This document shows, one piece after another, positions 31,001-44,639 of a stretch of DNA of 64,000 nt. The first letter of the stretch is position 1. Each line of letters begins with the position of its first letter. The notes beneath the pieces were generated by a model, which was not told the origin of the DNA, made no database searches, and saw nothing but the letters and a program-made list of their open reading frames with translations. A program made the translations under genes and the position numbers. Source of the stretch: Klebsormidium nitens (taxonomy: Eukaryota; Plantae; Klebsormidiophyceae); NCBI GenBank assembly GCA_000708835.1, contig DF237005.1:202228-266227 (forward strand). Direction: 5' to 3'.

Positions 31001-34000
31001 TCCGCGACCTGAGCGCCCGCAAAAAGAGGTTAAGCGTTGTTATGCATGATGAGGTGGAGGTCGATTGATACATCGTCAAGAAATCTTCGAAGTCGTGCTC
31101 TTTATGCTACGGTACCAATGTCCCTCCAAATCAAGGTAAAAGTATCCAACTCTAACGGGAGCACTTCGGGACGGGACAGCGGGCCTTTTCATCAATAGCA
31201 GGTGAACAGTTGACCGTCAAAGTATACGTAATAATCCGTTTCTGGTAGTGCTGGATACCCTCAGGCAGCGAATTTCCTGATAATCGTAAGATGTGACAAG
31301 CTTGCATCTTGAAAACCCCGTCTCTTCTTTACGTGAAGTCCCGAATTTGTCCGGGGACGCTGAGATCAGTCAGCCGTAACCTGAGCTTCTACTTTCTGTC
31401 ACTATAACCCTGACAAACCCGAAGGCCTCCGAAGGCTCAAACCCTGAAATGCAGAAACACTGAAGTGGTTCTCGAACCCTCACCACAGTCAGCCGGAGCT
31501 GTGGCCCGACGCGTTCGAGCTCCAGCTTCCATTCCGCGGGATCGACTTTCGATTCGAGGGGCGCTTGCCTGCGGGAGGCAGGAACAATCAGTCGTCGATT
31601 GCGCCTGTAGTCTGGACAGACCCAGCTCAAAAGCCGACGCTCGAGCATTTGGGAAGGTCAGAGTATTTAGAAGCCCGAAACGAGCTCTGTCTGATGTTGG
31701 TTCGTGCAACGACAGATGTCCAATCCCGAGATCAATAAGCGAAACTGGGGTTAAAGGAGCTTCGTCTGGAAGCTGGTAGAACGAGAAACTCCCTCTCCAT
31801 CTTCATCAGCAGAAGGTTGGCTGGCCGAGAAAAGAAAAGCTCCCTCGAAATGTGATGAGATCAACAACCACAAGGTGCCAAAATCTCGGGGCTGTTGATG
31901 ATTTCCTTGCTGCTGAGAGAGGACGATGGAGTGCGAATCGCCAGTGGGAACCTGACAGCTTTTCCGAAACACTCACAGTGCAATGCTGGGGCCCGCCCCC
32001 GTGTCACGTGACGTCACTCCGACGAGTGCGTCATCATCGTCGTCCAGATCCGGCATCATTGCCTGAACAGGGGAGTGGATCCTTATTATGAGAACTGCTT
32101 TCAAAGGGATTGCTCTTTATCAAAGGAGCGTTGAGAGTGGCTGTCTAAGATTGGGCTGGTAATGAGAGGTCAAAAGTAGTATAGGTATATCCGTTCGACC
32201 GAGACAGAGACATTAGCTTAGGTGTGGCGGCTCAGCGATACAAGCATTGACTATCGCTTGATGCATGACAAGCTTGCGTGGTGCTTGCAGCGAGCTTCGC
32301 CTTTTGACGAGCCCAGTTCTATCGACAGGGCCACGTGGCGGGATCCAGTTGGTTTACCTCGTCTAAGATGTCGTCCTCGTCCCCCTCCTCGTCGGCTTCT
32401 GCTTCTTCCGGATAACTGAACCAAACGATGCAGTAAACTTCTGGTATCTACTCTCCACATGTCTCGACGAGTCTTGACAATTGAAAAAGATTATGAAAGG
32501 TAAATTGGTGATCTTTCCACGCTGGAAAAGCGGCTTCCAGAGGGTACACTCAGTCGCTGAAATATCAGATCCTCACAACCTGCAAAAGGTTTTGGATGAT
32601 GCAATTCTGCGATACACTTGAACCTCGCATTCCTAACGTGGGTTTTTGGACCCCGTAATGAGTTCTTCATAAAAGGCCCCAAAACGGCAAGTACGGTTCT
32701 GTGGTAAGATTCAAAAACATTGCAGTCTGATCAGCTAATTTGTCATTGCAGATAAATCGGCTGCGAAAGATATGTATGGAAACGATGTTGAAACTCCGAC
32801 TTGAGTCGGCATGTTGCCTGAGGGACCGTTTCACCGTTCTTCAGCAATACATCACTTCACCAACCTGATAGCAGATACAACACCGTTGTACGAGAAACCG
32901 TAGCAAAGTCAAAAAGGCCGATGTCCATTATCGAAGAAAAAACAAGCAGTGACACGCACTCCTCGTCAGCAACACAATTGCAAGAAAAGGAACCGGACAG
33001 AAACCAGAAAAATCCGGCGGAAGAAGTTCCTTTTTTACACAGCCCACCTTTCGGACTTGTAGACGGGCGCTCGGAAAACGAACTTCTGCTTCTCGAGCGC
33101 CAGGCTGGCGAGTCCGTCCAACACGCCACACACCGCGTCGCCGTAGCCCTGCGCCCCGCAAAGTTTGCAGATCATTAATCCTGGCGGGTTTGGACATCTT
33201 TTCAAATCTGGATTGCAAAGTCCTACTTGAAACGAGCTCCAGACCTACAGTATCTCAGAGGCCTATCTCTGGAAGCCGCATGTGCCGGCCCAAAGGCGTT
33301 ACTTATGCTGTAAAAGGTCATGCACGGAACGGCCCAGAGTTGCGCGCAGAGAGTTACGATAGGGTTAGGATGAGGGGTGCGCCGCCAAAAAGCGCGGTGA
33401 GATGGTCAGCAGAGGTCAAACTGAGAAGGGCGCCGATGGATAGTCAAGCCTTGGCTGCGGCTTGGTCTCTGGTCTGATTCGGCCCAGTGTCCAGATCTTT
33501 TCGCAGGCGCATCATCTGCTTGCTCCGTGGTTCGGCCAGGAGGGCGACGGCTTGAAGATGGAACCTTTCAGAACGGCGGTCCCACCGATTTTGAACTTCA
33601 TCATGAGGCTCAGAGTCTATAAACTAAGAAGCTGATTGCAGCAGCAACCTATGAAAGTGGAGGCTGTGGGTCCCAGAGGAGTTCTCAACTCACCTGCTTG
33701 AGCTTTGCGGGTGGAAAGCTGGGAGGGGCGAAGCCCAGGTTTTGGAGCTCCATCACTGTACAAATGGTCAAGGAGTGTACCAACAAATAAAGCGCCATTC
33801 TAGTTACTCTCTGGCAGCGAGCATAATCTCCCAACAGCCAGAAGTGGCTAGATGATATTACGGTTTGGGGCATCGGCTCTATCTTGAACAGGGAGCAAAC
33901 CGAAGCCTTTTAAAAGCAAGACTGGGTTTACGGAAGTATGCATCAGAAAGGTTTCAGACGCGGACTATATGGACCCGGTTCTAACGGCCGGGTTGGACGT

Positions 34001-35759
34001 CCGCACAAGTCTCAAGACACATTCTGAGCGTCGCGAACGGAAGCCAAGGCTGATATCACGTATCAGCTTCCGATCACAACAAAAGCAACATTCGTTGTCA
34101 AGCGTTCGATCGTGGCTTTCATGGACAAAAAACATGGGAAATGGTAATAAGATCCCTTTTTGAGCAGGCGCAGCATCAGGGTTTCATTGGCGGCCAATGG
34201 GGATACGGATATTGGTACACGTGGCGTTTGGGTCGTCGAACTGGCCGGGCTCCTTGAAGCGCCTTCCCGAGAGCGAGAGGAGAAACGTCACCTGCGGGAC
34301 AAGCCTACCAAAAGCTGACGTCATAATGGACGATCCACTCGAAATTTGACTCTGTGGTGGCTGAACGATATACGGTACGACATGTGATTACCTATCGACT
34401 GGTTTTGACCTCAACGGACATCACGAGATAACAAATCTGTTCATGTGATCAGATTTCGACCTGCAACAGATGTCGCAAGACGAAAATTCTCTTGACGTAA
34501 ACAGGATTCTGCGGCAGAAGCTTTACAACGGTCGGGTGCCATTTCCAAGCACGGGAGGGGCGATCTGCGCACTGATCGGGGAGCTCGGAGCACTTGCACG
34601 AAAACATGGATCTTACCAGGCTTGTGAAGTAGAAGAGCTGTTCGTTTGCGTTGTTGGACGGGTATGCAAAGTACGTTCGCGCGAGGGGCGGCCATGGAGG
34701 TCGCCTGTAGAATTAAAATAAGCGATCAGTGCCGAGCTTTGTCCAACAAAGTTTCGGGTTATCGAACAACTCACAAGTTTGCCAACTGGTCTGACTTGGT
34801 CAACAGATTGAATGTTCTGCAGCACATTCGCAGCCTTAGATGAGGCCAGTGATCGAAGCAGTGGGACTTTCAAAGCAGAAGGCGTTTGCAGCATCCGTTG
34901 CTCAAAGCAGAAACTAAACGACAGAAATCTCACGCTGAAACTTTTGGCCTTCGAGGAGAATCTTATCATATGACGAGCAACATGCAAACGGATCAAGAAG
35001 GTGTGCGATGTCTGGCACGTGCTGCGGGAACCTTTCTTTACTGTGAGTTGCTCGCTCTTGGATCCTATTCCCTATCAGTTCCACGAGTTGCGCGCGCATT
35101 GCATCACTTTGTGGGGACAGCCTTATCCTTTGACCATCCAACAGTGCAGGAGTTAGGGATCCGCTTTCTTCCAGCATTGACAACCACCCGTTTCAAGCAG
35201 ACGCGCCTCACCTCCGTTTGCAGAACTCCTTCTCATAGTTGAGCAGCTTCAGCTTTTCGACAATGAACTCCACCAAAACGTCCGCAGGCGCCTCCGGCTG
35301 CAGTTGCATTTCGCAGGGCTCAGAAGAGAAACATTTGAAGTCTCTTCTTGTTCCAATATGCACTTGCGAATTGCTGTACAACTAGCCGCGTCCAAGCTTC
35401 AGAGAAGGGCTTTGAGGTCTGACTCTGCACGGGGTATTGAATCGCAGCACTTTGCATCCACATTGATCAATTTTCAGCCAGACCGCATGATTCCAATCAC
35501 GAACATGCATTTAACGAACTGCCAACGACCCTGCTAGTAATTTGCAGTGTACGGAAGGCATTTCTAACCTGTTACTTCAAAGCAGAAGCATGATATGCAC
35601 CAAGCTGTATACCAAATTGCTCGCAAGCTCCATCTAAATAGCTTACAATGGTCTTCTTATTACCCCCATGGACAGAAAAGTAAAAGAAATGCAGACTCTC
35701 ACCTCAACAGACCTGCCGGAGGGGGCAGCCCGACCCGGCGCCCCTGTCTCGGGGCCCAT
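28039..35759 (-). CDS. IFT57: Intraflagellar transport protein 57 (IFT57/HIPPI)
   Basis: Fifteen phase-consistent exons: 35759-35703, 35297-35212, 34704-34617, 34291-34207, 33755-33694, 33148-33057, 32415-32358, 32062-31977, 31568-31484, 31008-30908, 30520-30442, 30103-29975, 29324-29244, 28656-28600, 28104-28039. Motifs: VEKLKLLNYEKEFC, NEQLFYFTSL, QFDDPNATCTNIL, KLKQGYGDAVCGVLD, VDPAEWKLELERVGPQL, KDWRTHLEQ, SDSSPLVKIKKAI, LKQMEVRIGVAEHTLL. Confidence 0.95.
29503..30050. repeat. Degenerate tandem repeat of about 140-170 bp, four units; one unit is the 3' end of IFT57 exon 12
   Basis: Units start near 29503, 29671, 29811 and 29971 and share variants of accttgatgctct..aggcgct..gagatgtgcgcgagctc..cttggcgatgc. 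The spacers share ctggcgcaaaccct. Confidence 0.8.
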
Positions 35760-37581
35760 TGTTGCGTCCCCATCCAGATCGCCCCCTGAGTCACTATACT
35801 GCCGGCTCCGACTCTGCACAAATAACGAACGCTGGTCAGGAAACTGAGTCCACTGTTGCTTTGGACTCGATAACCTTTTCATGGTCTAGGGCTTCCCGAC
35901 AGACTTTTGCTTTGCTGAAATGATTGTTGCCCAATCTGTCCAGACGGCTTCATGAAAAACCTGACTGTATCAGCAGAACGAAGAACCTGCAATCATCGTT
36001 TTCGGAGATGCAGCATCTGTAGGGCTGTAGGTTGGCCTCCGACAGGTAGCTCCACCCACATGTTGCTTGCATCGATCTACTCAGACGCTTGCCGATCCAT
36101 CAATCCAATCTGGCTGGGACCAAAAGGTTATAGCAATCACTTCAAAAAGATGCTGTGCAATTGAATGCTCCACACCACCTCAGCAATTGACAGCTGAGCG
36201 AGTCTTGAGGTAGCTCCCATCTACATATTGCATTAAGTAACTGGAAGCCTTGGCAATCCATCAATCCACTCTGGCAGGGGTCAAGAGATTACCACCAATC
36301 ACTCAAGAAGATGCCGGCATTTTGAGAATGTTTAAAGCTACTTCAGCAATCAAAAGCTGAATTTGTATTGAATATGCTACTACTGATTAGTGATTCGAGC
36401 CTGATTGCAGTGCCTAATGCCCATCTTGACAACTGGTGACTTGGAGCAGCCCTGGCAGTCTTTGAGAAGAGATCAAGCGGTCAGAGAGATCAGTAAAAGC
36501 ACAATGAAGGCTGTGCAGTGAGATTGAAAGCTCTGCATTTGAACACGCAGAGTGTACAGCAATCTGTGCCCACGTCTTGTACCAATCAAGTGGTAAAAAG
36601 TCTGTTAATAGAAACGGGCCCCAAAGATTCTGCACTGAGTTGCTGAATGTCAGGCTCTCTGTGCTCGCTATCCCGCAATGTTCAATGGTTTTCTTGCAGC
36701 TGGGAACCGTTTCAACAACTCTTTTCAGCCCTACTCATCATCACAAGGGTGCGTTTACCTGGCTTACTTTCCCTGTCTAAGCTCAATTTCCAGGAAGGAA
36801 CCACATTAATGATTGTCTCCAGCTCCTAAAGAAAAGCTTGACCTGAGAAATCTCCAAGAACGATTTTTTTCTTACCATAGACCTGCGCGCATGGGAAGCC
36901 ATTCGGTCGTGCTTGGGGGCAGAATTATCCCTTGGGCCCCAACTAATATAATCAAGCAACCTTGCTTCTTCCACTTTTCTAGCACCTGAAATGTGCAGAT
37001 TTGGCTGGCGAGCCCCTTAGTTCTCCAGCCTCCATGGACTTTGAAAGCTCAGACTTCAGCTCCTTCGCTTTGCCCGTTGTCACTGACAATGTCAGTTGAG
37101 CAGGCTGACCCTGTCACTCGAGTAAGCACAAAGCAAAGCAGGGCATCGGACACTTCATTCACACCGGCCCCTTCCATCGGACGGTTTTAAGCAATCAAAG
37201 TAATCACGCGCGCGCATAATTTCGATCATCCCGCGAGGCTCAGGCTCATCAAGGCCAGAGTACCCCTGTCTAGTGAAGTGTACCCCTTTCTAGTGACGTG
37301 ATCAGCACCTTTTGAAACCTTGACTAGAGACGATTGCAGGGGAAAACTTTGCGCAGAGTCCTCGTCCCTGCAGGTCACAGATACACGCCTCAGGTGACCT
37401 CAGATAGGCCTCAGCTTGAGCTCCTTTGCTGAAGTACTAAGGGCGCTATATCGAAGACAGTCTGCATTTGCTGCAGTGTCTTTTTTGTATTCACTGTGGT
37501 GGGATTACAAAGCTTCAGTCCTCTCTTGCATCTGTACACCCTAGATTATTATTGGGCCGGGCATTGGCGCCCGCATCAGCC

Positions 37582-40500
37582 ATGGGGCTGTCCTCCTTTG
37601 CTGTGCTGGAGAAGGCGCGCGAGCAGCTCCAGTTGCAAGGGGCGAGGGGGATCGAGGTACGCAGAACCGACGTGTTCTTCTGGATCTTACAAGCTCGTCT
37701 GACTGCTTGATTCTTGGAATGCTGCCGTGAACATTTCACGAGGTGCCTGGAAAGAGGAGTCAACAAATATACAAGGATGAGCTATTTCCACTTGCTGACA
37801 TCGGATGTAAGAAGGCCTCCATGTCGAAACGCTGGGCTTGAGAAGCGGCTCAACCTTTTCTGTCTCTGACAAGATGCGCGCCCGCAAATATGCTACTAGA
37901 CAGCATAATGGCTTTGGGTGCTTGCAATTGAAGATCCAAAACTACCCAATGTCTGTTGGTCATATGAGTTAACACGAATGAAAGCAAGGGGCAGCTTGAG
38001 AGCCTCTTCCTTTGGGCGGTCCTACTTGTCGGGCGGATTTCAATTGTCCACTTCAACGAGCTTGCATGAAGGAAAGCCAGGTGTTTGACTTCTGTAAAAT
38101 GTCGGGTTGGTTGAGCTTCAAGAAGTCCACTCCCTCTGCGGCATGAGAGACGCCATCTTATCTACCACAAGTAACAGAGGACTTTTATGTAAGAGCTGTT
38201 GATTGACGAGCTTTTGGCAGGTTGATTTCAACCGAAGCGTCGCAACTTTCTGAGTCAAGAAGGGGATGATAGTTGCGCTCCCTGCTTTCACAAATCTTCT
38301 CCGTGCTTATAAGCTGTACAGCTTTGAAAGTCGAAAAGTGGCTGAAGCCCAGCAATGAAGCATTCTGAGAGTGCAAGCAACCCGCTCATCCATTATCGAA
38401 TTTAGACGCGAGCTCTCCTGCGTCATTAGAAGGCATTTCGACCGCTTCTTTTACCCCCATGATTGTTTTGTGCGCAGGGCATATCCCGTGCCTACCGGCT
38501 GTGTGATGGGTCGGGTTACATAGCCTATGATGCATTCCAGGATGCCGCCCGTTTTATGGGCCTTGACCTACAAAACGAGGTGAGCATGGTCAAGACTGCA
38601 TCTATTTGAATCATGTCCATGCAGATTGACTTTCTGTAGGATGACAATCTCACTTCTTTTTCCCTGCAAACTATCCGCAATGACGTCACGAAAGGCTGGG
38701 CATTACCAGACCACCTATATGCCAGGTCAAAATTTAGAGCTGAGATCCAGAGAAGCTGTGAAGAGGCAGACCTGATCTGCTCTGCAACACATGGGCACCT
38801 AGTCCTGCAGGCGCCTCCTCGTAGCAAACAGCTTACCGATCTCTCCGAACGACGATTTTAATGCTCGCCGCCACACTTACGTCTATATTCGTTACCTGCT
38901 CGGAGCTCGTTTGAGGACCATGCAGCCATTCATGGGCGTCGTCATCCAACTTATACCACTTCTGAAATCAGCTTAACGCTAAATCTTACCGACAGCTGCT
39001 AGCTTTGCAATGGCCGTTTTCGTCCTTCCTAGTAGAAGACCCTACCCTACGGACTAACGACACCAGAACCGTTCAATCGACTCCCTCCCATGGGCTAAGA
39101 TATCCGCTTCTTTCTGTACAGGAGATCAATTCTCTGTGGGAGAAGTACGGCAGTGACCAGGGCATGAACTTCGTGGCGTTCCTCGAGGGCATCAGAGGAA
39201 AGGTTGGCACAATTTCTGCCAAGATACCAGTTTGGTCTTAACTTTACAGGAAGAGTAGCTTCGAGATACATGGAGATTTGACTAAGAGGTACCCAAATGG
39301 ACATTCGAACGACTCATATAGATCATTACATTTGGCGGTTCTTGTTTTTCAACTTCGTCTTGACTTCCTTTTGGTAAGCCCACTCGGATCAGTGGGGCTT
39401 CAATTGGAGGAGATTCACTTGCTTCGAGTAGCAAAACGCCCTCTTCACGGTAGAACAGGACTCGCGCGATTTTACGTCCTCGTTGTTTCCTTACGTCCCC
39501 GCTTTCTCTTTGTCCGCTCCTTTCTGTTGCCAAACTCCAATTGGATTCCTTGTCTGCAGCTGAGCGATAAAAGGATGGAACTGGTGGAGGCCGCCTTCAA
39601 CACGCTCGACGCCGTAAGCTCCACAAGCTATCCTCCTCGGGTTGCTCCTCCTTTTCAATTTTTTCCAATCACGTTCTCGAGTCCCCTATGTGTCATACAT
39701 CACTCTGAAAAGTCGACTGCTTTCCACCGCAAGCACCTCCGTGACTAGCGGGTACCACGCAGACCGGGTAGGTCTGGTTTGGCCGTATAGAGATGAAGGA
39801 GTGACCCCAATTCCAGCTTCTGTGCTAGCTGGCCTACTAGATCTCCCCCTTGTCGGAAAACCTGATGTGGTGTGTAGGTCTCCAGTTCTCTTAGGGTTCA
39901 CGAACGTGGTTGCCAGAACGTGGCTGACAGTCACGGCATATACTGGTTTATTGTGATCCCAGCTGCTGACCAATCAGATTGTGCCACGTGGCGTGCAGGA
40001 TCGGCAGGGGTACCTCAGCGTGGACGCCATCAAAGCTGCTTACGACTCCAGGTGTCACCCTGCGGTCATGGAGAAGAAGCTGACGGAGGATGAGGTGGGG
40101 CACACGTCAGCGTTGCGTCGCGATTGCTCCGCGCCAGACTTGCGTAGTGGAAACTCGACCTGATAGCACGAGCTTTGAAAAAAGCGCCAAAACAACGGCA
40201 ACATGTTCCGAGCGCTCGCCCCAGCTTCACTCTGTTTTAGAAAAGCACCGCCATTTGTGTCACCCGTAAGTCGATTTTCGGATTGCCTCCCTTCCAAAAG
40301 ATATTTCCAGTCGTCGGGTTTCTTCTCACACGTACTAAACGTCAGAACATTCTCGCGGGCTCTTGTCGGCTTCTGGCCTCGTCCTTCTCTTCCGTCAGCC
40401 AACGGGGGTGGATCCGAACGCCACTCGTGGAGACTCCAGAGCTCCTTCACGACTTAGCCACGGAAGCATCAGCTGCACTAAAATTTAGAAAGTCAATCAA

Positions 40501-43006
40501 CAGCCCACCTCTGTTGCAGGCTCTCGTCGGCTTCTTGGCGACGTCATTTGCGTCGTTGGACAGCGTCAGCTTGTTGGACTTCATCGAGTACTACTCGCTG
40601 CTCAGCTTCGGCATCAAGAGCGACGACTACTTCGAGCTGCTCATCATGAAGGCCTGGAACGTCAGCCCCGACGGCTTTGACGTCAGCAGCGTCGAGATCA
40701 AGGTGCGGCGGTTCTCGGGCTACCAGCGACGATTCGACTCGAAAGCAGGCCCCGGCACACTGAAAGTCTCGCGTGAAAATTTGTCTTTTCGTTTCGGTTG
40801 CGTCTCTATTGGATGTGCGAAGTGGCCTCTTGTTCGATGTTTGGATTTGTCCATTGTGGGGCGCTGCATATTCTTCTCCCTTTCCGGTGGAAAAGATGCT
40901 GTGGGGCGCTGCATTCATTCATTTCTTTCTTTTCGGTCTAGAAGTCTCTAGGTAAGACAATTCTCAAACTTTCGCCCCGCGGACCCCGCAGGTTAAGCTG
41001 GTGGTGTACAAGAACCGCATCCGGCTGCGCGAAAGTGATGTGGACCAACGACAACGAAGTTCGGGATCCTTTTCCTCAAGTTTGCGTTTACCATTGTTGG
41101 GGCGGTGGAAGAGCTCCACGTCTCTGTTCTCTGGGAAATCACGCAGGTTCAAGCAGTCTTCGAACTTTTGGACCTCAAACCCTACAGGTCAAGCTGGTGG
41201 TGTACAAGAACCGCATCCGGCTGCGCGAGTTCTTCGTGGACTACGACAAGCTGCGCACGGGGTACGTCACCGAGGGCCAGTTCATGAGCGGCCTCACGAG
41301 CGCCGGGCTCAAGCTGAGTGCCCGGGAGATGAAGGCGCTCGCGGACAAGTACAAGGACCCGGAAAACCCGCAGCAGAAGGTGCACTACAGGTGGGGGGGG
41401 CCTCGGGAAAATGCCTGGAATTCTAGGAGAGGGATTCGGAAGACTGGTCGGGGCATGCGTTTCAAAACTTGAACTCTCTTTGACCTATCATTTTTCATGT
41501 GCTGAAGCCCTTGAACTGCTCGGACTAGAGAATCCAGGGACTGACGGAAATAGTGGATTCATCTCGGTTTCGGAAAGTAGTCTTTGCCAGCTGGGTGAGA
41601 GCGCTGCCGTTGAGCGGAGATTTGAGGTAAGTTTTAGACTGACGTCACAACTGGCGCCGACTGCGGTGACTGCAAAATGGTAGTGCTGACGTCAGCGATG
41701 CTTCTGCAGGGCGTTCTGCGACGAGATGGACCGGGTGTTCACCGAGAAGGAGCTCGAAAAGACCCCCCTCAAAGAGGTCCCGGCCACTCCGGGGATCCCC
41801 GGGCTGCTGCCGGATAGGTGAGCGAGTCACCTTCGTGATCCTGAGAACTAATTTCCGAGCGCCGGAGATCGGCATCGCTTGTCTAGCCATAACATCCGGC
41901 CTTTTCTGCGTAGTGAGGCACTGCTCATTCCTAGGCCGGACCACTGCCGCCGCGGTTGTGGTTTCAAGCAATGCAAGTTATTTCGTGCAACTTTCCTGTA
42001 GCCCATCAGAGAACCCGATTGATGCCCGGCTCCAACATTTCCGTCTTTCCAATATTCTCTGTGTTCAGAGGAAACTTGCTTCCTTCGGAATCCCTACGTG
42101 CTTTTCGCTTCGATGTTGGGTTGCCAAATAAGAGGACTCGGCATTGTTTGAACAGAGTGGTAAAAGCTAGCCCAGTCTGGGTGGCAAGCAACGCACTGAT
42201 TTCATTTGAAACGGTAATCGCCACCAGCGCTCCCTTTCTTACTTGGACCCCAATGCATTCCCACCTTGCTCGCCCCAGATACTCGCACGGCGTCCGATAC
42301 CTGGGCATCGAGAAGGAGCAGCGGCTGGAGCAGCTGATGCGGAAGCTGCGGCAAATGTGCGAGAACAAGCGCATCCTCGTCAAGCCGTTCTTCGACGACG
42401 CCGGTGAGCGCGCGTGCCCCGCCACTGACATTCCATTCGGAATCCCCGGCGCCAACTTCTCTAATTGTGCAGTTGCCTTGTACAAAGAGCAACGCAAGGA
42501 GGTGAACAAAACATCGTGTATCGAAGAGGGTCTGTAAGCTTACTGGATCCGGGCCTGATCTCCGTTTCTACTTTATACGGTTTGAAATTTACAACCGAGG
42601 CAACATTCTACGACAACTCAACCAGATTACCGTGTTTTTGACCTCACGACTCCGTTAAGTGCAATCAACATTCCCCGTACTTCTGCTCGTGCGTATGAAA
42701 GGACAACTTGGAAGTCACGGTGATCAACAGGATCTTCCAAGCAAATCCATTAACCAACGCTCGACTTTTCACCCGTCTATCCCCGCCCCCCTCCGTGCAG
42801 CCCGCAATCGCAACAGCACAAAGCGCGTGGGCCACGTGACGGGCAACCAGTTCAAGCAGGCGCTCAACAGCAAGATCAACCTGCGGCTGCGCGAGGATGA
42901 GCTGGACCTGCTGCTGGAGAAGTACGATGATAACATGGACGGCATGGTTAACTACGTCGCGTTCGCTGCGGAAGTGGACCCCCCTGCGGGCGGCGCCACA
43001 AACTAG
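37582..43006 (+). CDS. Calcyphosin-like multi-EF-hand calcium-binding protein, about 410 aa
   Basis: Ten phase-consistent exons: 37582-37656, 38478-38579, 39122-39202, 39560-39613, 39999-40094, 40520-40702, 41188-41390, 41710-41817, 42279-42403, 42801-43006. Calcyphosin-type GARGIEGISRAYRL, AYDSRCHPAV and DFIEYYSLLSFGIKSDDYFELLIMKAWN, followed by EF-hand repeats DYDKLRTGYVTEGQF and YDDNMDGMVNYVAF. Confidence 0.88.
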
Positions 43007-44063
43007 ACAGGCGAGTCGCCGGGCGGAGTCGTGGTTCCCGAAGATGGGGGGGTGGTAGAAACGGTGTTTGAGGGGGGGTGTCCGCGGGGGGAGCTTTTAG
43101 GGCGTCTCTGCTTTCAGCGAAGGGATAGGTTGCAGAAACGTAATCTAAAAGGGGGGTAATTCGAGGGGAAAGACCTGTTTAGAAAGGGGAGTTGGTGGGA
43201 GGAGGGATCCGAGCGGTGTGCTGACGTCGCGATTCTATCTAAAGAGCAGATGGTGTCTTTGGATGTGCGGCGAAGCCTAGGTTCCGCGCCGAAAGGCGCG
43301 GATTGCGGAAGCCCTAGCTGCCGTGGAAAGCGGTACACGGCACGCGCATATGGTCAAAACTAGGTTTGGAAAAGATGGTGGGTACAGCGGGTTTTGGTTC
43401 CTTGCAAAATGCAGGCGGTAGATCTAGAAGCAGACGGCATAATACATATACCAGGGAAAGCTTGAAGCGACTTGCTTTTGGGCACCTCTGGAGCCCAACA
43501 AAACGTTCCTGACGCGTACGATACGTCGGGTCTGCGAAGACCCGACAACTTGGAGCTCGGCGCTTAACTTCATGCGGTACAGACTAGACTGATACTAGTT
43601 TCTTTCAGCATAGTCTGAATGATCATGAAAGTCATGAAAAGCCTAGCCCTGCTCAGTAGCCGCGAGCATGATAGACACATATCGGACATTGACTTGATTT
43701 TGGAAGCGTGTCCCATCGACCTGCCCCATGGATCGTTCAAGCTTGCGTGATGCAGAGACGTTGACCTGCTTTATCTGTGAAAAGTACTGCAGCAATCAAG
43801 GCTCCTCCAGCGGAACGTAGGCACGTAGAACCACCCTAACACGGACGGAGCCAGCTGCAAGCGAATAAGAACTACACTATACACCCCACCTATATCGTGA
43901 CCCGGGTCGGTCAGCATTAATGAAATATTTCTTTGACAGCCTTCTCAATCTTGCGTCGAGAGTCTAAACTCAACATCAGAGTCCATTCTTATTGAGAATG
44001 AGGCCATTGGGTTCGAAAAAGCTGCTACAGGGAAGGAAGGAAGAGCCTGTATGAGACGGTAGC

Positions 44064-44106
44064 GTGGACTCAAACCATTCTGTCTTGTGGACTCAAACCA
44101 TTCTGT
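44064..44106. repeat. Exact 20-bp direct repeat, two copies
   Basis: gtggactcaaaccattctgt at 44064-44083 and 44087-44106. Confidence 0.8.
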
Positions 44107-44639
44107 ATTCAAACGATAGATGGTAAATGTTCGAAGACGTATCCTGTTTTCACGGCAATGTCCTTCAAAACATCACATGCTCTCAGGCTGTACTTCAAAA
44201 AGTTTCAACAGAGCACATATTATTGCTATATCAAGTGGATACCAGAGTGCACGCGTTACCGCCCGCATATTCAGGAGCTGGCACGCCCATCACACTGGCT
44301 TGCTTGGATTCCAGCGAAAGCAATACGGTACTGTGGACTTTCTGCCGCTTTTACGGGCAGCCCGGCCCGGTTGGTGGCTCTGGGTACGCGGCCGGCCGCG
44401 CCGCCTACGTTGCGGCGCAGCACTCGCGGCCGCTTGTTCTGGCAGGGGTTTGGAAAGGGTTTAGGTCAAACACGGTTTCTAATAACGGAAACCAGTTCTC
44501 ATTTGCAGGTCCGCTTTTACTATTAGCAGCATTGCCAGCAATGCACAGCTACTGCATGTGGGGCGCTAGAACTCAAAAGCTGCACATAGGAGCTCACAAC
44601 AAGAAGGCAGCTCGCTAGATAAGTATCAGAGGGGTCACG

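Noticed and set aside
43040-43210. G-run-rich 3' flank of the EF-hand gene (potential G-quadruplex)
   Set aside because: Irregular loops and no evidence of function; G-runs are frequent in this window.
44127-44618. 163-aa ATG ORF upstream of the Mini-III gene
   Set aside because: No recognisable family and no convincing splice link. It could be 5' UTR or part of a transit-peptide exon, but I cannot support that.
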